From positions 64,001 to 128,000 of the forward strand of contig CAVTHS010000014.1 in NCBI GenBank assembly GCA_963734535.1: a stretch of 64,000 nt of DNA. Direction: 5' to 3'. Positions 19,689-30,141 of this stretch are shown here, one piece after another. Source of the stretch: an uncultured Chloroflexia bacterium. Its GTDB lineage: Bacteria > Chloroflexota > Limnocylindria > Limnocylindrales > CSP1-4. How positions within the stretch are numbered: position 1 is the stretch's first letter; each line of letters begins with the position of its first letter. A program made the translations under genes and the position numbers. The notes below the pieces were generated by a model, which saw nothing but the letters and a program-made list of their open reading frames with translations, was not told the DNA's origin and made no database searches.

Positions 19689-20198
19689 ATGCCAGCAGGC
19701 CAGGAGATCGAGCGGAAGTACCTGCTCTCGGGCGCCCCGTCGGAGGTCGAGCTGGCCGAGCTCGGCGCGCGACCGCATCGGATCGAGCAGGTCTACCTCC
19801 GGTCCGAGGACGGCTGGGTGCGGCGAGTGCGGAAGGTCGAAGCGGGCGGCATGACCCGCTACGTGGCAACCCGGAAGCGCGAGGTCGCCGGGATCGTGCG
19901 CGAGGAGCACGAAGAGGACCTGGACGCGGCCGCCTTTGACCGCATCGTCGCCGATGCGGATCCTGCGCGTCGCACGATTCGCAAGGTGCGCCACGTCTTC
20001 CCGTTCGGCGGCCACGTGATGGAGCTGGACGTCTTCGAGGTGCCGCCCGGCCTGGTCCTCCTCGAGGTCGAGCTGGAGGATGCATCGGACGTGCCGGCGT
20101 TGCCGCCGATTCTCCTCGAGCGCCTGGTCCGCGAGGTGAGCCTGGAGACTGCCTACCTGAACCACGAGCTCGCGCGCCGCCCGGCGTCGGGCGGCTGA
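19689..20198 (+). CDS. CYTH-domain (triphosphate tunnel metalloenzyme) protein
   Basis: EIERKYL, IEQVYL, IRKVR, ELDVF, LLEVEL. Confidence 0.85.
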   Translation: MPAGQEIERKYLLSGAPSEVELAELGARPHRIEQVYLRSEDGWVRRVRKVEAGGMTRYVATRKREVAGIVREEHEEDLDAAAFDRIVADADPARRTIRKVRHVFPFGGHVMELDVFEVPPGLVLLEVELEDASDVPALPPILLERLVREVSLETAYLNHELARRPASGG

Positions 20199-20488
20199 TC
20201 GGACGCGCCACGACGCCGCGAGCATCGGCCGAGCCGATCCGATTCGGAGCCCGCGAGCGTGGGGGTGCGGCAAATCTCGCGTGTGGCTGCGCTTCGGAGC
20301 GTGCACCGGCTGATCCCGATCAGCTGTGCCGATCACCCGGCGACGGTTCGCCTCGCGGTACCGTCTCTGCCCAGGTTGCCTGCTGCTCCGCCATCTCGAC
20401 TCCCGACGATGCCGTCCCCGGCGTATCCGTCCACAGGCGAATCCGAACCCGCTTGACGGCGGGCATCCCGGCGCGGCACGCTCCACGC

Positions 20489-20755
20489 GTGAAGGCGCGG
20501 AACCCGGAACCTGACGACGACACCGACCTCCCGCCCACGGAGGCTGCGCGCGATCGGCGGCGAGACCACGATCTCCGCGCGGTCGAACGCGAGGGAATGC
20601 GCACCGGGCTCGCCAAGCAGTTCAAGCAGGTGCTCGACACCCAGGTCAAGCGCGGCCGCGAGGCCGACGACGATTCGCGCCTCGCCGGGGAACGCTCGCG
20701 CGCCTCGAAGAGCCCGCGCCGCCCCCACGGAACGGCGGGGCGCCCGCTCGCCTGA
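20489..20755 (+). CDS. Small charged hypothetical protein
   Basis: High-GC3 codon pattern (REGMRTGLAKQFKQVLDTQVKRG). No recognised family; start uncertain. Confidence 0.45.
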   Translation: MKARNPEPDDDTDLPPTEAARDRRRDHDLRAVEREGMRTGLAKQFKQVLDTQVKRGREADDDSRLAGERSRASKSPRRPHGTAGRPLA

Positions 20756-21017
20756 CCGGACAGGCCCGGGCCGAGGGGGCCCGAAGGACGCCGCGCTCGC
20801 GACGGAGAGTCTCCCCACCGCCCGGAGATCGGCGCGGCGCAATGCATCGGGACGGCTCGATGCCGGCTCGGCTCGGGATGGCTGCCGGGATCTCGAACGC
20901 GCTCCTGCCCGGCGCGGGCGAGCTCGATCGGACGACGGCCGAGCGGATGGTCGGCCTGGTGACCGTGACGCGCGTCTGACTGGGGTCGATGCCGCGCCGC
21001 TCCGGCCCTGTCTCGCC

Positions 21018-21047
21018 TTGACATGCGACGCAAGATGATGCAAGAAT
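21018..21047 (+). promoter_or_regulatory. Sigma70-type promoter for the DeoR operon, probably leaderless
   Basis: TTGACA at 21018-21023, 18-nt spacer, TGn-AAGAAT ending at 21047, ATG at 21054. GCAAGA is repeated within the promoter. Confidence 0.6.
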
Positions 21048-21053
21048 CGTGCA

Positions 21054-21863
21054 ATGACGTGGAAGGTTCTGAGCGATCCAGCTGACACAACCGCCGCTGC
21101 CCGCGATCTCGCGCCGCAGCGCCGGCAGCGCATCCGCTCGATCGTCGATTCGCGGCGCGCCGCGCGGCTCGAGGAGCTGAGCGCGTCGCTGGGGGTCTCC
21201 CAGGCGACGGTCCGCCGTGACCTCGACGCCCTGGCGATGGAGGGCCGGCTGCGCCGCGTCCACGGTGGGGCCGTGGCGCTGGACGAGCGGCCCAGCGAGC
21301 TTCACTTCGACGTCAAGGCCGTCGAAGCCGCGGAGGAGAAGGCCCGCATCGCCGCGCGGGCCGTCGCGCTGCTCTCGCCCGACGACACCATCTACCTGGA
21401 CAGCGGCAGCACGGTCCTCGAGGCCGCGCGGCTGCTCCGCGGGTGGGACCGCCTGACGGTCGTCACGAACAGCCTGCCGGCCGCGATGGAGCTGGCTGGC
21501 CGGGGGCCGCGGCTCATCGTCATCGGGGGCGAGTTCCGCGCGACGAGCCAGGCGCTGGTCGGGCCGCTCACGCACCTCCTCCTCGACGCGCTCCACGTGG
21601 ACCGCGCCCTCATCGGGACGTTCGCGTTCTCGCTCGAGGAGGGCCTCACGACCACGGACCCGGCGGAGGCGTACACGAAAGAGCTGGTCCTGGGGCGGTC
21701 GCGCGAGGTGATCCTGCTCGCCGACAGCCGGAAGGTCGGCACGCGCTCCTTCGTGAGCTCGGGCCGGCTGGAGGCGATCGACATCCTCGTCACGGATACC
21801 GGGATCGACGAGCGCGTGGTGCGCAGCCTCGAGCGCCGGGGCGTCAAGGTGATCAAGGCATGA
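21054..21863 (+). CDS. DeoR/GlpR-family transcriptional regulator
   Basis: VSQATVRRDL, RVHGGA, EKARIA, IYLDSGST, VVTNS, LADSRK. Confidence 0.94.
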   Translation: MTWKVLSDPADTTAAARDLAPQRRQRIRSIVDSRRAARLEELSASLGVSQATVRRDLDALAMEGRLRRVHGGAVALDERPSELHFDVKAVEAAEEKARIAARAVALLSPDDTIYLDSGSTVLEAARLLRGWDRLTVVTNSLPAAMELAGRGPRLIVIGGEFRATSQALVGPLTHLLLDALHVDRALIGTFAFSLEEGLTTTDPAEAYTKELVLGRSREVILLADSRKVGTRSFVSSGRLEAIDILVTDTGIDERVVRSLERRGVKVIKA

Positions 21864-21913
21864 GCGCCGGCTCGGCCCGCTCGGGCGGGCACGGCGTGGA
21901 ATCGGAGGTCTCG

Positions 21914-24218
21914 ATGACAACGGCGGCCGCCTATCGGAGCGACCATGGACCCGACACGGCGCTCTTCGAGGAGTCCGTCGGGACCATCACGGGCTTCGCC
22001 TACGCGGGCACGCTCGCGACGGAGATCGCCGACGGCGGCATCACCGGTGCGGAGGCGCTCGAGCTGTTCGACGACATGCTCGCCATCCGCGAGCTCGAGG
22101 AGATGATCGTCCGCCTCCGGTCCGGTGGCTACGACCCGCTCCCGAGCTATGAGTACCGCGGCCCGACGCACGTCTCGATCGGGCAGGAAGCCTCGCCCGT
22201 CGGGAGCCTGCAGCCTGCTGCGGATCGACGACAACATCACGAGCTCGCACCGCGGGCATGGCGATGCGGTCGCCAAGGGCTTCGCGGCGATCCGACGGAT
22301 GTCCGACGAGGCGCTGCGCGCCCGCGTCCCGTCCTCGGCCGGCGGCACCCACGAAGAGCTGCTGGAGGCGGCGCTCGAGGAGCACGTCTACCACGTGATC
22401 GCGGAGCTGTTCGGCAAGGAGACGGGCTACAGCGCCGGCCGCGGCGGCGGGATGCACATCGGCGACTTCTCGACGGGCAACCTCGGCGCCAACGCGATCG
22501 TGGGCGGCAGCGTGCCCATCGCCACCGGCGCGGCGATGGCACATCGCTACGACCGGTCGGACCGCGTCGTGTGCTGCTTCGCCGGGGACGGCGCCTACGC
22601 CAACGGCGTGGTCCTCGAGTCGCTCAACTGGGCGGCCCAGGCGCAGTGGACGAACCACCTCGCCGGCGACAACGCGTACGGGCTCCCCGTCATCTACTTC
22701 ATCCAGAACAACCACTACGGGATGACCCACCACACGGACGAAGAGGTGATGGGAGTCCGGCACCTGGCACGCCGCGCCGCCGGATTCTCCGAGGACAACA
22801 TGCACGCCGAGACGGTCGACGGGATGGACGTTCTCGCCGTGCGCGACGCGGTCCGGCGCGCTGCCGCGCTGTGCCGGGCGGGCCACGGCCCGGTCCTCAT
22901 CGAGGCGAGCACCTACCGCTACTACGGGCACTCGCTCTCGGACCCCCGCAACGAGTACCGGACGCGCGAGGAGGAGGCCGCCTGGCGGGCGGTCGACGCG
23001 ATCGAACGCCTCAAGCTGCAGATCGTCGACGCCGGCGTGGCCGACGAGGCCGGGGTCGCGGCGGTCGAGACGAAGGTGCGCGAGCGCAACGCGCGCGCCG
23101 CGGTCCGCGCCTCGCAGGCCGCCGACCCGGATCCGGCCGAGGCCCTGAAGTACCTCTACACCGACACGGCCTCGGACGTGGTCCCCGCCGGGCGGGGCGA
23201 CGTGGTGCCGTTCGCGTCGGTCCCCCCGGCCAAGCGCGACGCGGACGGCGCGATCACCTATCGAGACGCGATCCGCGATGCGCTCGCCGAGGAGATGATC
23301 CGCGACCGCCGGGTCCTCTTCTACGGCGAGGATGTCGCCGACTACGGCGGCGCGTTCAAGCTCACGAAAGGCCTCCTCGAAGCGTTCGGGCGCGATCGGG
23401 TCTTCAACACGCCGATCTCCGAGGCCTGCATCTGCGGCACCGCCGTCGGTGCCGCGATCGTCGGCCTCCGGCCGGTCGTCGAGCTGATGTACATGGACTT
23501 CGCGCTCATGGCGTCGGACCAGATCGCGAACCAGGCCGCCAAGTGGCACTACATGAGCGGCGGCCAGGTGGAGGTCCCGCTCGTGATCCGGGCGTCCGTC
23601 GGGGCCGGCAAGGGCTACGGCGGGCAGCACAGCCAGTCGCTCGAGAGCCTCTTCACCCATCTTCCGGGCATCTACGTCATCTACCCGTCGAACCCCGCGG
23701 ACGCGAAGGGCCTCCTGAAGTCGGCGATCCGGACCAACAACCCGGTTCTCTTCGTCGAGAGCCAGGGGCTCTACCCGACGAAGGGCGTCGTCCCGGAGGA
23801 CGAGGTCCTTGTCCCGATCGGGGTCGCCCGGGTCGCGCGCGAGGGCAGCGACCTGACGATCGTGAGCTGGGGCCCGGCCGTGCCGGACGCGCTGGCCGCG
23901 GCCGATCGCCTCGAGGCCGAGGACGGCGTCGGGGCGGAGGTCATCGACCTGCGCAGCCTCGTGCCGCTCGACATGGAGACCGTCCTCGCGTCCGTCCGCA
24001 AGACCGGCCGCTGCGTCGTCGCGAGCCAGGCGATCCTGGTCGGCAGCTACGTCAACGAGATCGTCGCGCGCATCCAGCTCGAGGCCTTCGACTTCCTCGA
24101 CGCGCCGGTCGCGCGGATCGGCGCGCAGGCCGGGATCTCGCCGCAGGCCGAGAGCCTGGAGCGGGCCTTCCTGCCCAACGCCGGCGACATCTACGCCGCG
24201 GCGAAGGGCCTCCTGTGA
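21914..24218 (+). CDS. Fused E1alpha/E1beta ThDP-dependent 2-oxoacid/acetoin dehydrogenase (probable extra G near 22203)
   Basis: GGAGG RBS then ATG 21914. HVSIGQEA, HRGHG, GRGGGMH, GDGA...NNHYG, TYRYYGHS.SD; beta part GEDV, NTPISE, GGQHSQS, EVIDLRSLVPLD. Confidence 0.92.
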
Positions 24219-24273
24219 GCGGGGCGCACGTCGCTTCACGGCGTCCGCTGACGAGAGAGAAGAGGACCCAGCC

Positions 24274-25633
24274 ATGGCGCACGCGATCCTCATGCCGAAG
24301 CCCGGCCAGATGACCGAGGAATGCACGGTCATCGCCTGGCACAAGAAGGAAGGCGACCCGGTCAAGAGGGGCGACATCCTCTTCGAGATCGAGACGGACA
24401 AGTCCACCATGGAGGTCGAGGCGTTCGACGACGGCGTCCTCCTCAAGATCGTCGCTGCCGAGGGCGCCACCGTCCCGGTGAACACCGTCACCGCCTACGT
24501 CGGCCAGCCCGGCGAGGCGATCCCGGAGGCGGCGCCGGCCGCCGTCCCGGCCGTTCCCGCGGCCCCGGCACCGACCGCCCCGCCGCCTGCCCTCGTGGCC
24601 GAACCCGCGGCCGCGCCGGCTCCATCGAGAGCTGCTCCGGCTTCATCGAGCCTCGTGCCCGCTCCGGCGCGCGGAGGCCGCAACGGGAGACCGCCTGCGG
24701 ATCAGCCCGCGCGCGAGCCGTGCGGCGGCCGAGGCGGGGATCGATCCCCGCACGATCCCCGGCAGCGGCCCCGGCGGACGGATCACCGAGCGCGACGTCC
24801 TGGCCGCGGTCGCCGTTCCGGCGCCGATCGCAGCACCCAGCCCAGCGAGAACCAGCCCCGTCCAGGCGGCCGCCGCCGCCTCGACGGCGAGGAGCATCGG
24901 TGCCCCAGCGGCTGCTCCGCTCACGACCGGCCCGGTCGACGGCGAGGAGGAGCCGCGGCCGCTCAGCCGGATGCGCCGGGTCATCGCCGATCGCCTGACC
25001 CAAAGCTGGACGTCGACGCCGCACTTCACCGTGACCGTCGCAGTGGACGTGACCCGCCTGCTCGCGCTCCGCGCGGAGCTCAAGGCCGCCGGCACGAACC
25101 TCACCGTCACGGACTTCGTCCTGGCAGCCACCGCCCAGACGCTCGCCGAGTTCCCGGACGTGAACTCCCGGACCGACGGCGTCTCGGTCTGGACCCGTCG
25201 TCGGGTTCACCTCGGCGTGGCCGTGGCGCTGCCGGGAGGCCTGGTCGTCCCCGTGATCCGGGACGCCGATCGACTGTCCATCGGCGAGCTCCACGAGCGG
25301 GCGGTCGCGCTGGCAAGCGCGGCACGCGAGGGCACCCTCCCCGTCGACGAGATGACGGGCAGCACGTTCACCGTCTCCAATCTCGGCATGTTCGGGGTCG
25401 AGGAGTTCAGCGCGATCATCAACCCAGGCGAGGCGGCGATCCTCGCGGTCTCCAGCGCGATCCCCACGGCGGTCGCGATCGGCGACGGGCTGGCCGTGCG
25501 GACGATCATGAAGCTCACCCTCTCCGCTGACCACCGCCTCGTCGACGGCGAGATGGGGGCGCGCTTCCTCGGCGCCCTCCGGCGCCGGCTCGAGGACGCC
25601 GGGTCCTTCCGCCAGGAGGCGCTGAACGCCTGA
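24274..25633 (+). CDS. Dihydrolipoamide acyltransferase E2 (probable frameshift near 24690)
   Basis: Lipoyl motif EIETDKSTMEV; subunit-binding domain ISPRA...GSGPGGRITERDV; catalytic TFTVSNLG and DHRLVDG. Confidence 0.92.
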
Positions 25634-25799
25634 CTCGCGCGCCCGGACACGGGGCCCGCGGAGGATGGACCAGTCGGCCTTGTCGCGGCCGCCTGTCACC
25701 GGGGAAGATACGGGTGGCAATCCTCGTCGCCCGATCGGCGACCCCGGCGCCGAACGGGCCGGGTATCGGGCCAGAGCGAAGTCGACTGGGAGGAGCAGC

Positions 25800-26741
25800 A
25801 TGATCCTCGTCACCGGGGAAGCGCTCATCGACCTGGTTCCCGCGACCGCCTGCGACGAGCCTGCCTACGTCGCGCGCGCCGGCGGGTCCTCGTTCAACGT
25901 CGCCATGGGCCTTGGCCGGCTCGGGGCTCCCGTCGGGTTCCTGGGACGGATCTCGACCGACCGGTTCGGAAGGATGCTGCGCGGCCGCCTCGAGGCCGAC
26001 GGCGTGGACTGCTCGCTCGTGGAGGACGGCGACGAGCCGACGACCCTGGCGGTGGTCCAGATCGAGGCGGGCAGCGAGCCGGTCTACGTGTTCTACGGCG
26101 AGGGCACCGCGGACCGCATGTTCGGCACCGATCACGCTCTGGCCGAGCTCCCGGACGAGGTGACCGCCCTCCATCTCGGCTCGATCTCCATGGTCCGCGA
26201 GCCTGGCGCGTCGGCCTTCGAGGCCCTCATGCGCCGCGAGCATGGGCGCCGCGTTCTGACCCTGGATCCGAACATCCGGCCCAGCCTCGTGGGCGAGAGA
26301 ACGGCGTACCTCTCGCGCCTCGAGGGCTGGGTCTCCCTGGCCGACATCGTCAAGGTCAGCCAGGCGGACCTCGAATGGCTCTACCCGGGAGCTGAACCCG
26401 ACTCCGCGGCCGCGGCGTGGCTGGCGCGCGGCCCGGGTCTCGTGGTCGTGACGAGGGGCCATGACGGCGTCCTCGGCATGACAGGCCGGGACCGTGTCGA
26501 GGTCGCCGGCACGCAGGTCGTCGTCTCGGACACCGTGGGGGCCGGCGACTCGTTCACCTCGGGCCTCCTTGCCTGGTTGCACGAAGCCGGCAGGCTCGAA
26601 CAATCGAGCATCCGGGAGATCCCGGCGGAGGAGCTGCGCGACTGCCTGGCGTTCGCGAACAGGGCCGCCGCGATCACCTGCACCCGGGCAGGCGCCCAGC
26701 CACCCACCCGCGCCGAGATGGACGCCTCGAACCCGGCCTGA
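25800..26741 (+). CDS. PfkB-family carbohydrate kinase (fructokinase-like)
   Basis: GGAGGAG RBS; GEALIDL, GGSSFNVA, DPNIRP, DTVGAGDSF. Confidence 0.92.
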   Translation: MILVTGEALIDLVPATACDEPAYVARAGGSSFNVAMGLGRLGAPVGFLGRISTDRFGRMLRGRLEADGVDCSLVEDGDEPTTLAVVQIEAGSEPVYVFYGEGTADRMFGTDHALAELPDEVTALHLGSISMVREPGASAFEALMRREHGRRVLTLDPNIRPSLVGERTAYLSRLEGWVSLADIVKVSQADLEWLYPGAEPDSAAAAWLARGPGLVVVTRGHDGVLGMTGRDRVEVAGTQVVVSDTVGAGDSFTSGLLAWLHEAGRLEQSSIREIPAEELRDCLAFANRAAAITCTRAGAQPPTRAEMDASNPA

Positions 26742-27008
26742 CGACGGACCAGCCGCTGGGGCGTTTCTCCGTGTTCCACCCCTGCCATCTGTTGCCGGGC
26801 TGGCCCGCGCGCCGGAACCTGTTAGGCCCGGCATCGCGGTTGCGCCACGCCTCGGCGGCACGTGGGGTGTGCGTGCCACAGACGCAACTGGAGGTCCCAT
26901 CCCGGCACCTCCGGGCGCTGACAGCGCCATGGGGGCCCGGGTGGGAACGACATGGGCATTCCGGATCTGCACCACGAGGAGACCCTCTGGACAAAGCCCA
27001 AGGAGACA

Positions 27009-27036
27009 TGGTAACGTTACCACGCTAACGTTACCA
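27009..27036. promoter_or_regulatory. Tandem LacI-family operators
   Basis: Perfect palindrome TGGTAACGTTACCA (27009-27022) followed by near-copy GCTAACGTTACCA (27024-27036), ~50 nt upstream of a LacI gene. Confidence 0.8.
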
Positions 27037-27084
27037 CTCGGCGCTCGGAAGCCGCCGACGGTAGCTTCTGATGGAGCCGAGTCG

Positions 27085-28131
27085 GTGCCAACAATCGTCG
27101 ACGTCGCGAGTCGAGCCGGAGTCTCCGCCATCACCGTTTCTCGTGTCGTGAACAACTCGGGCCCGGTGAGCAGCCAGGTTCGAGCTCGAGTCGAACAGGC
27201 CATCGCCGAGATCGGATACGTGCCCAACTCGGTTGCCCGGAGCCTGCGCTCAAAGCGGACCGACACGATCGCGCTGGTCCTCACCGACATGACGAACCCG
27301 TTCTTCACCACGGTCGCGCGGGGAGTGGAGGACGCGGCAAGCGACGCCGGCCTCATGCTGTTCATCTGCAACACCGACGAGCGCGATGCGGACGAACAGC
27401 GCTATGTGCGGATGATCCTGCAGAGGCAGGCGGACGGGATCCTGCTCGTGCCGGCTCGGGGCGGCGTGGCGGCGATCAAGCAGTGTCGCGATCACGAAAC
27501 GCCCGTCGTCGTCATCGACCGACGGCTCAGGGAAGGCGTCGCGGATGTCGTTCGTGCCAATTCGAAGGGGGGAGCACTTGACCTGGGCCGGTTCCTCGTG
27601 TCACTCGGGCACGCGAGGGCGGCGGTGCTGAGCGGGCCCCGATCGGTGTCAACCGCCGACGACCGGGTGGCCGGCTTCCGTGCGGCGTTTGCCGAGGCGC
27701 ACCAGGCTGAACCCCCACGCGTCTTCCGGGGCGAGTACACGATCGAGAGCGGACGCGCGATGGCCAGGCAAGCGATGGCCGTGACCCCTCGCCCGACGGC
27801 GCTCTTCGCGGCAAACAACTTCATCGCGATCGGCGTCCTGCAGGAACTCGACGAGATGCATGTCCGCGTGCCGGAAGACGTCGCCGTGGTGGCCTTCGAT
27901 GACCTGCCGCCAGCCATGGTGACGTTTCCCTTCCTCACGGTGGCGGCCCAGCCGGCCTACGAGATGGGACAGCGGAGTGTCGCCATGCTGCTCGATCGCA
28001 TGTCGGCCGGCGCGACGGAGAAGTTCCACGAAGTCATCCTCCCCACGCAATTGGTGGTTCGGCGCTCGAGCGGGGACGTTCTCAGGAAGGAACGGAACCC
28101 GGATTCCCGGTCGGCCGTCGGCGCCCGCTAG
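27085..28131 (+). CDS. LacI-family transcriptional regulator
   Basis: GTG 27085; TIVDVASRAGVSAITVSRV, YVPNSVARSL, VPEDVAVVAFDD. Confidence 0.95.
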   Translation: MPTIVDVASRAGVSAITVSRVVNNSGPVSSQVRARVEQAIAEIGYVPNSVARSLRSKRTDTIALVLTDMTNPFFTTVARGVEDAASDAGLMLFICNTDERDADEQRYVRMILQRQADGILLVPARGGVAAIKQCRDHETPVVVIDRRLREGVADVVRANSKGGALDLGRFLVSLGHARAAVLSGPRSVSTADDRVAGFRAAFAEAHQAEPPRVFRGEYTIESGRAMARQAMAVTPRPTALFAANNFIAIGVLQELDEMHVRVPEDVAVVAFDDLPPAMVTFPFLTVAAQPAYEMGQRSVAMLLDRMSAGATEKFHEVILPTQLVVRRSSGDVLRKERNPDSRSAVGAR

Positions 28132-28192
28132 GGGCACCGCATCCGTGATCCAGTCGGCGACTCGAATGACGTGGCATGAAAGGTGAAGTGAA

Positions 28193-29254
28193 ATGACCAA
28201 CGGGACCGGCGGCCAGGTGCTTGGCAGCGACATCGAGCGTAGCCTCGATCGCGACGACCTCATCGTCATTACGGGCGCCGGCGGGTTCATCGCGGGCTCG
28301 CTCGTCCGGTACTTCCACGACCTCGGCTACACGCGGATCCGGGCGATCGACCGGAAGCCGCTCCCCGAGTGGTACCAGCGCGTGCCCGGCGTGGAATGCC
28401 TGTCGATGGACCTGAGCCACGAAGCCAATGCGATCCGGGCGGTGGAAGGAGCCACCGAGGTCTACAACCTCGCCGCGGACATGGGCGGGATGGGGTTCAT
28501 CGAGCAATTCCGGGTGGAATGCCTGCGCAGCATCCTCGTCAACACGCACCTGACCGAGGCGTCCTACCGGGCCGGCGTGAAGCGATATTTCTTCTCGTCG
28601 TCCGCCTGTGCCTACAACACGGACCTCCAGAAGTCGCCCGACGTGATCGCGCTCAAGGAGTCCGACGCCTATCCGGCGATGGCCGAGCGTGGCTACGGAT
28701 GGGAGAAGTTGATCTCGGAGATGTTCTGCCAGGAGTACTGGGCGGAGCGCGGCCTCGAGACGCACATCGCGCGCTTCCACAACATCTACGGGCCCAATGG
28801 GACCTGGTTCGGCGGCCGGGAGAAGGCGCCCGCGGCGATGTGTCGCAAGGTGATCGAGGCCCAGGACACCGGCGACCTCCGGATCCAGATCTGGGGCGAC
28901 GGAAGCCAGACGCGAAGCTTCTGCTACATCGGCGATTGCGTGGTCGGGATTGACCGGATCATGCACTCCGAGGCGCTGATCGCGACCCCGATCAACCTCG
29001 GCTCCAGCGAGCTCGTCTCGATCAACGACCTCGTGTCGATCGTCGAGGAGATCGCGGGCGTGACGCTGGAGCGGTCCTACGATCTCGACGCCCCCAAGGG
29101 GGTGGCCGGTCGAAACAGTGACAACACGTTCATCCAGAGCGTCCTGGGCTGGGAACCTCGGACGCCCCTTCGTGACGGCATGGCCGCCACGTATGCCTGG
29201 ATTTCCGAGCAGTTCGCCGCCCGCAAGGCCGGCAAGGCAGTGGTGGAGGGCTGA
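28193..29254 (+). CDS. GDP-mannose 3,5-epimerase-like extended SDR
   Basis: GAGGFIA, NLAADMGGMGFI, SSACAY, YGWEK, RFHNIYGP.GTW.GGREKAPAAMCRK, WGDGSQTRSF. Confidence 0.88.
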   Translation: MTNGTGGQVLGSDIERSLDRDDLIVITGAGGFIAGSLVRYFHDLGYTRIRAIDRKPLPEWYQRVPGVECLSMDLSHEANAIRAVEGATEVYNLAADMGGMGFIEQFRVECLRSILVNTHLTEASYRAGVKRYFFSSSACAYNTDLQKSPDVIALKESDAYPAMAERGYGWEKLISEMFCQEYWAERGLETHIARFHNIYGPNGTWFGGREKAPAAMCRKVIEAQDTGDLRIQIWGDGSQTRSFCYIGDCVVGIDRIMHSEALIATPINLGSSELVSINDLVSIVEEIAGVTLERSYDLDAPKGVAGRNSDNTFIQSVLGWEPRTPLRDGMAATYAWISEQFAARKAGKAVVEG

Positions 29255-29259
29255 TCCTG

Positions 29260-30135
29260 ATGCCGCGTCCGCCCGACGGGACCCCTGGGGGACCCGACGG
29301 CGCGATCGACCGTGCCGGGGCCGACCGGCCGGTTGATGCGACGTCGCCGACGCCGGGGTTTGACGACGTGATCGGCCGCCTGCCGTACCGCCTCCAGCTC
29401 GCCGGCGGGTGGATCGACCAACCCTTCGTGTCCGCATGCAACCCGGAACCGCCGGGCTCCATGGTGGTCGTATCGCTGCAGCCGTCACTCCGCTTCATGG
29501 ACCGGAGTGGCATGGCCACCGGGACGCGAGCACGCGCGTTCGCGCTGTGGGGCGACCAGGTGCCTCCGAGCCCCGAACCGATGGCCCTGGTCCGAGAGCT
29601 CTATACCGCCGAGAATGCGGGGCAGGCGGAGCCGTCCGGCTCACAGGACATGATCGGGGTGATCTATCCGGGCGTGAGCCGCCTCGACTACGACGCTGCT
29701 GTCGACGGCGGCTGGTTTCCGAGCCACATCGAGTCCAGCCGCGATGAGGGTGTGGCGCGGTGGCTGGAGACGCGGATTCACCTGATCGCCGTGGCGCCGC
29801 GACCTCCGGGGTACGGGCCCCTCGGGGTGAAGCGAATCGATCCGGAATGGGTTCGCCGACTGGGCCAGAGCGGCAAGGACTGCTTCGACGCCATCGTCGG
29901 GCACGACCTCGCGTCGCTGGGCGCCTCCATGAACGAATGCTCCCGGTGCTGGGATGCGCTCCTGCCCCACACGCTGGCCCACCCCACGATCACCGTCGAC
30001 CTCAAGGCGCTCCTCGCCTGGTACCAGGCGAGATACGCCGGCGCGATGTACTCCGGTTGCGGTGGCGGTTATCTCGTCGTCGCATCCGCCGAGGACGTGC
30101 CCGGATCCTTCCGGATCTCGGTCAGGACGGAGTAG
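29260..30135 (+). CDS. GHMP-kinase-like protein (sugar anomeric kinase group)
   Basis: PYRLQLAGGWID, SGMATGT, SGSQD and SGCGGGY correspond to divergent GHMP motifs. Confidence 0.65.
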   Translation: MPRPPDGTPGGPDGAIDRAGADRPVDATSPTPGFDDVIGRLPYRLQLAGGWIDQPFVSACNPEPPGSMVVVSLQPSLRFMDRSGMATGTRARAFALWGDQVPPSPEPMALVRELYTAENAGQAEPSGSQDMIGVIYPGVSRLDYDAAVDGGWFPSHIESSRDEGVARWLETRIHLIAVAPRPPGYGPLGVKRIDPEWVRRLGQSGKDCFDAIVGHDLASLGASMNECSRCWDALLPHTLAHPTITVDLKALLAWYQARYAGAMYSGCGGGYLVVASAEDVPGSFRISVRTE

Positions 30136-30141
30136 GGAACG

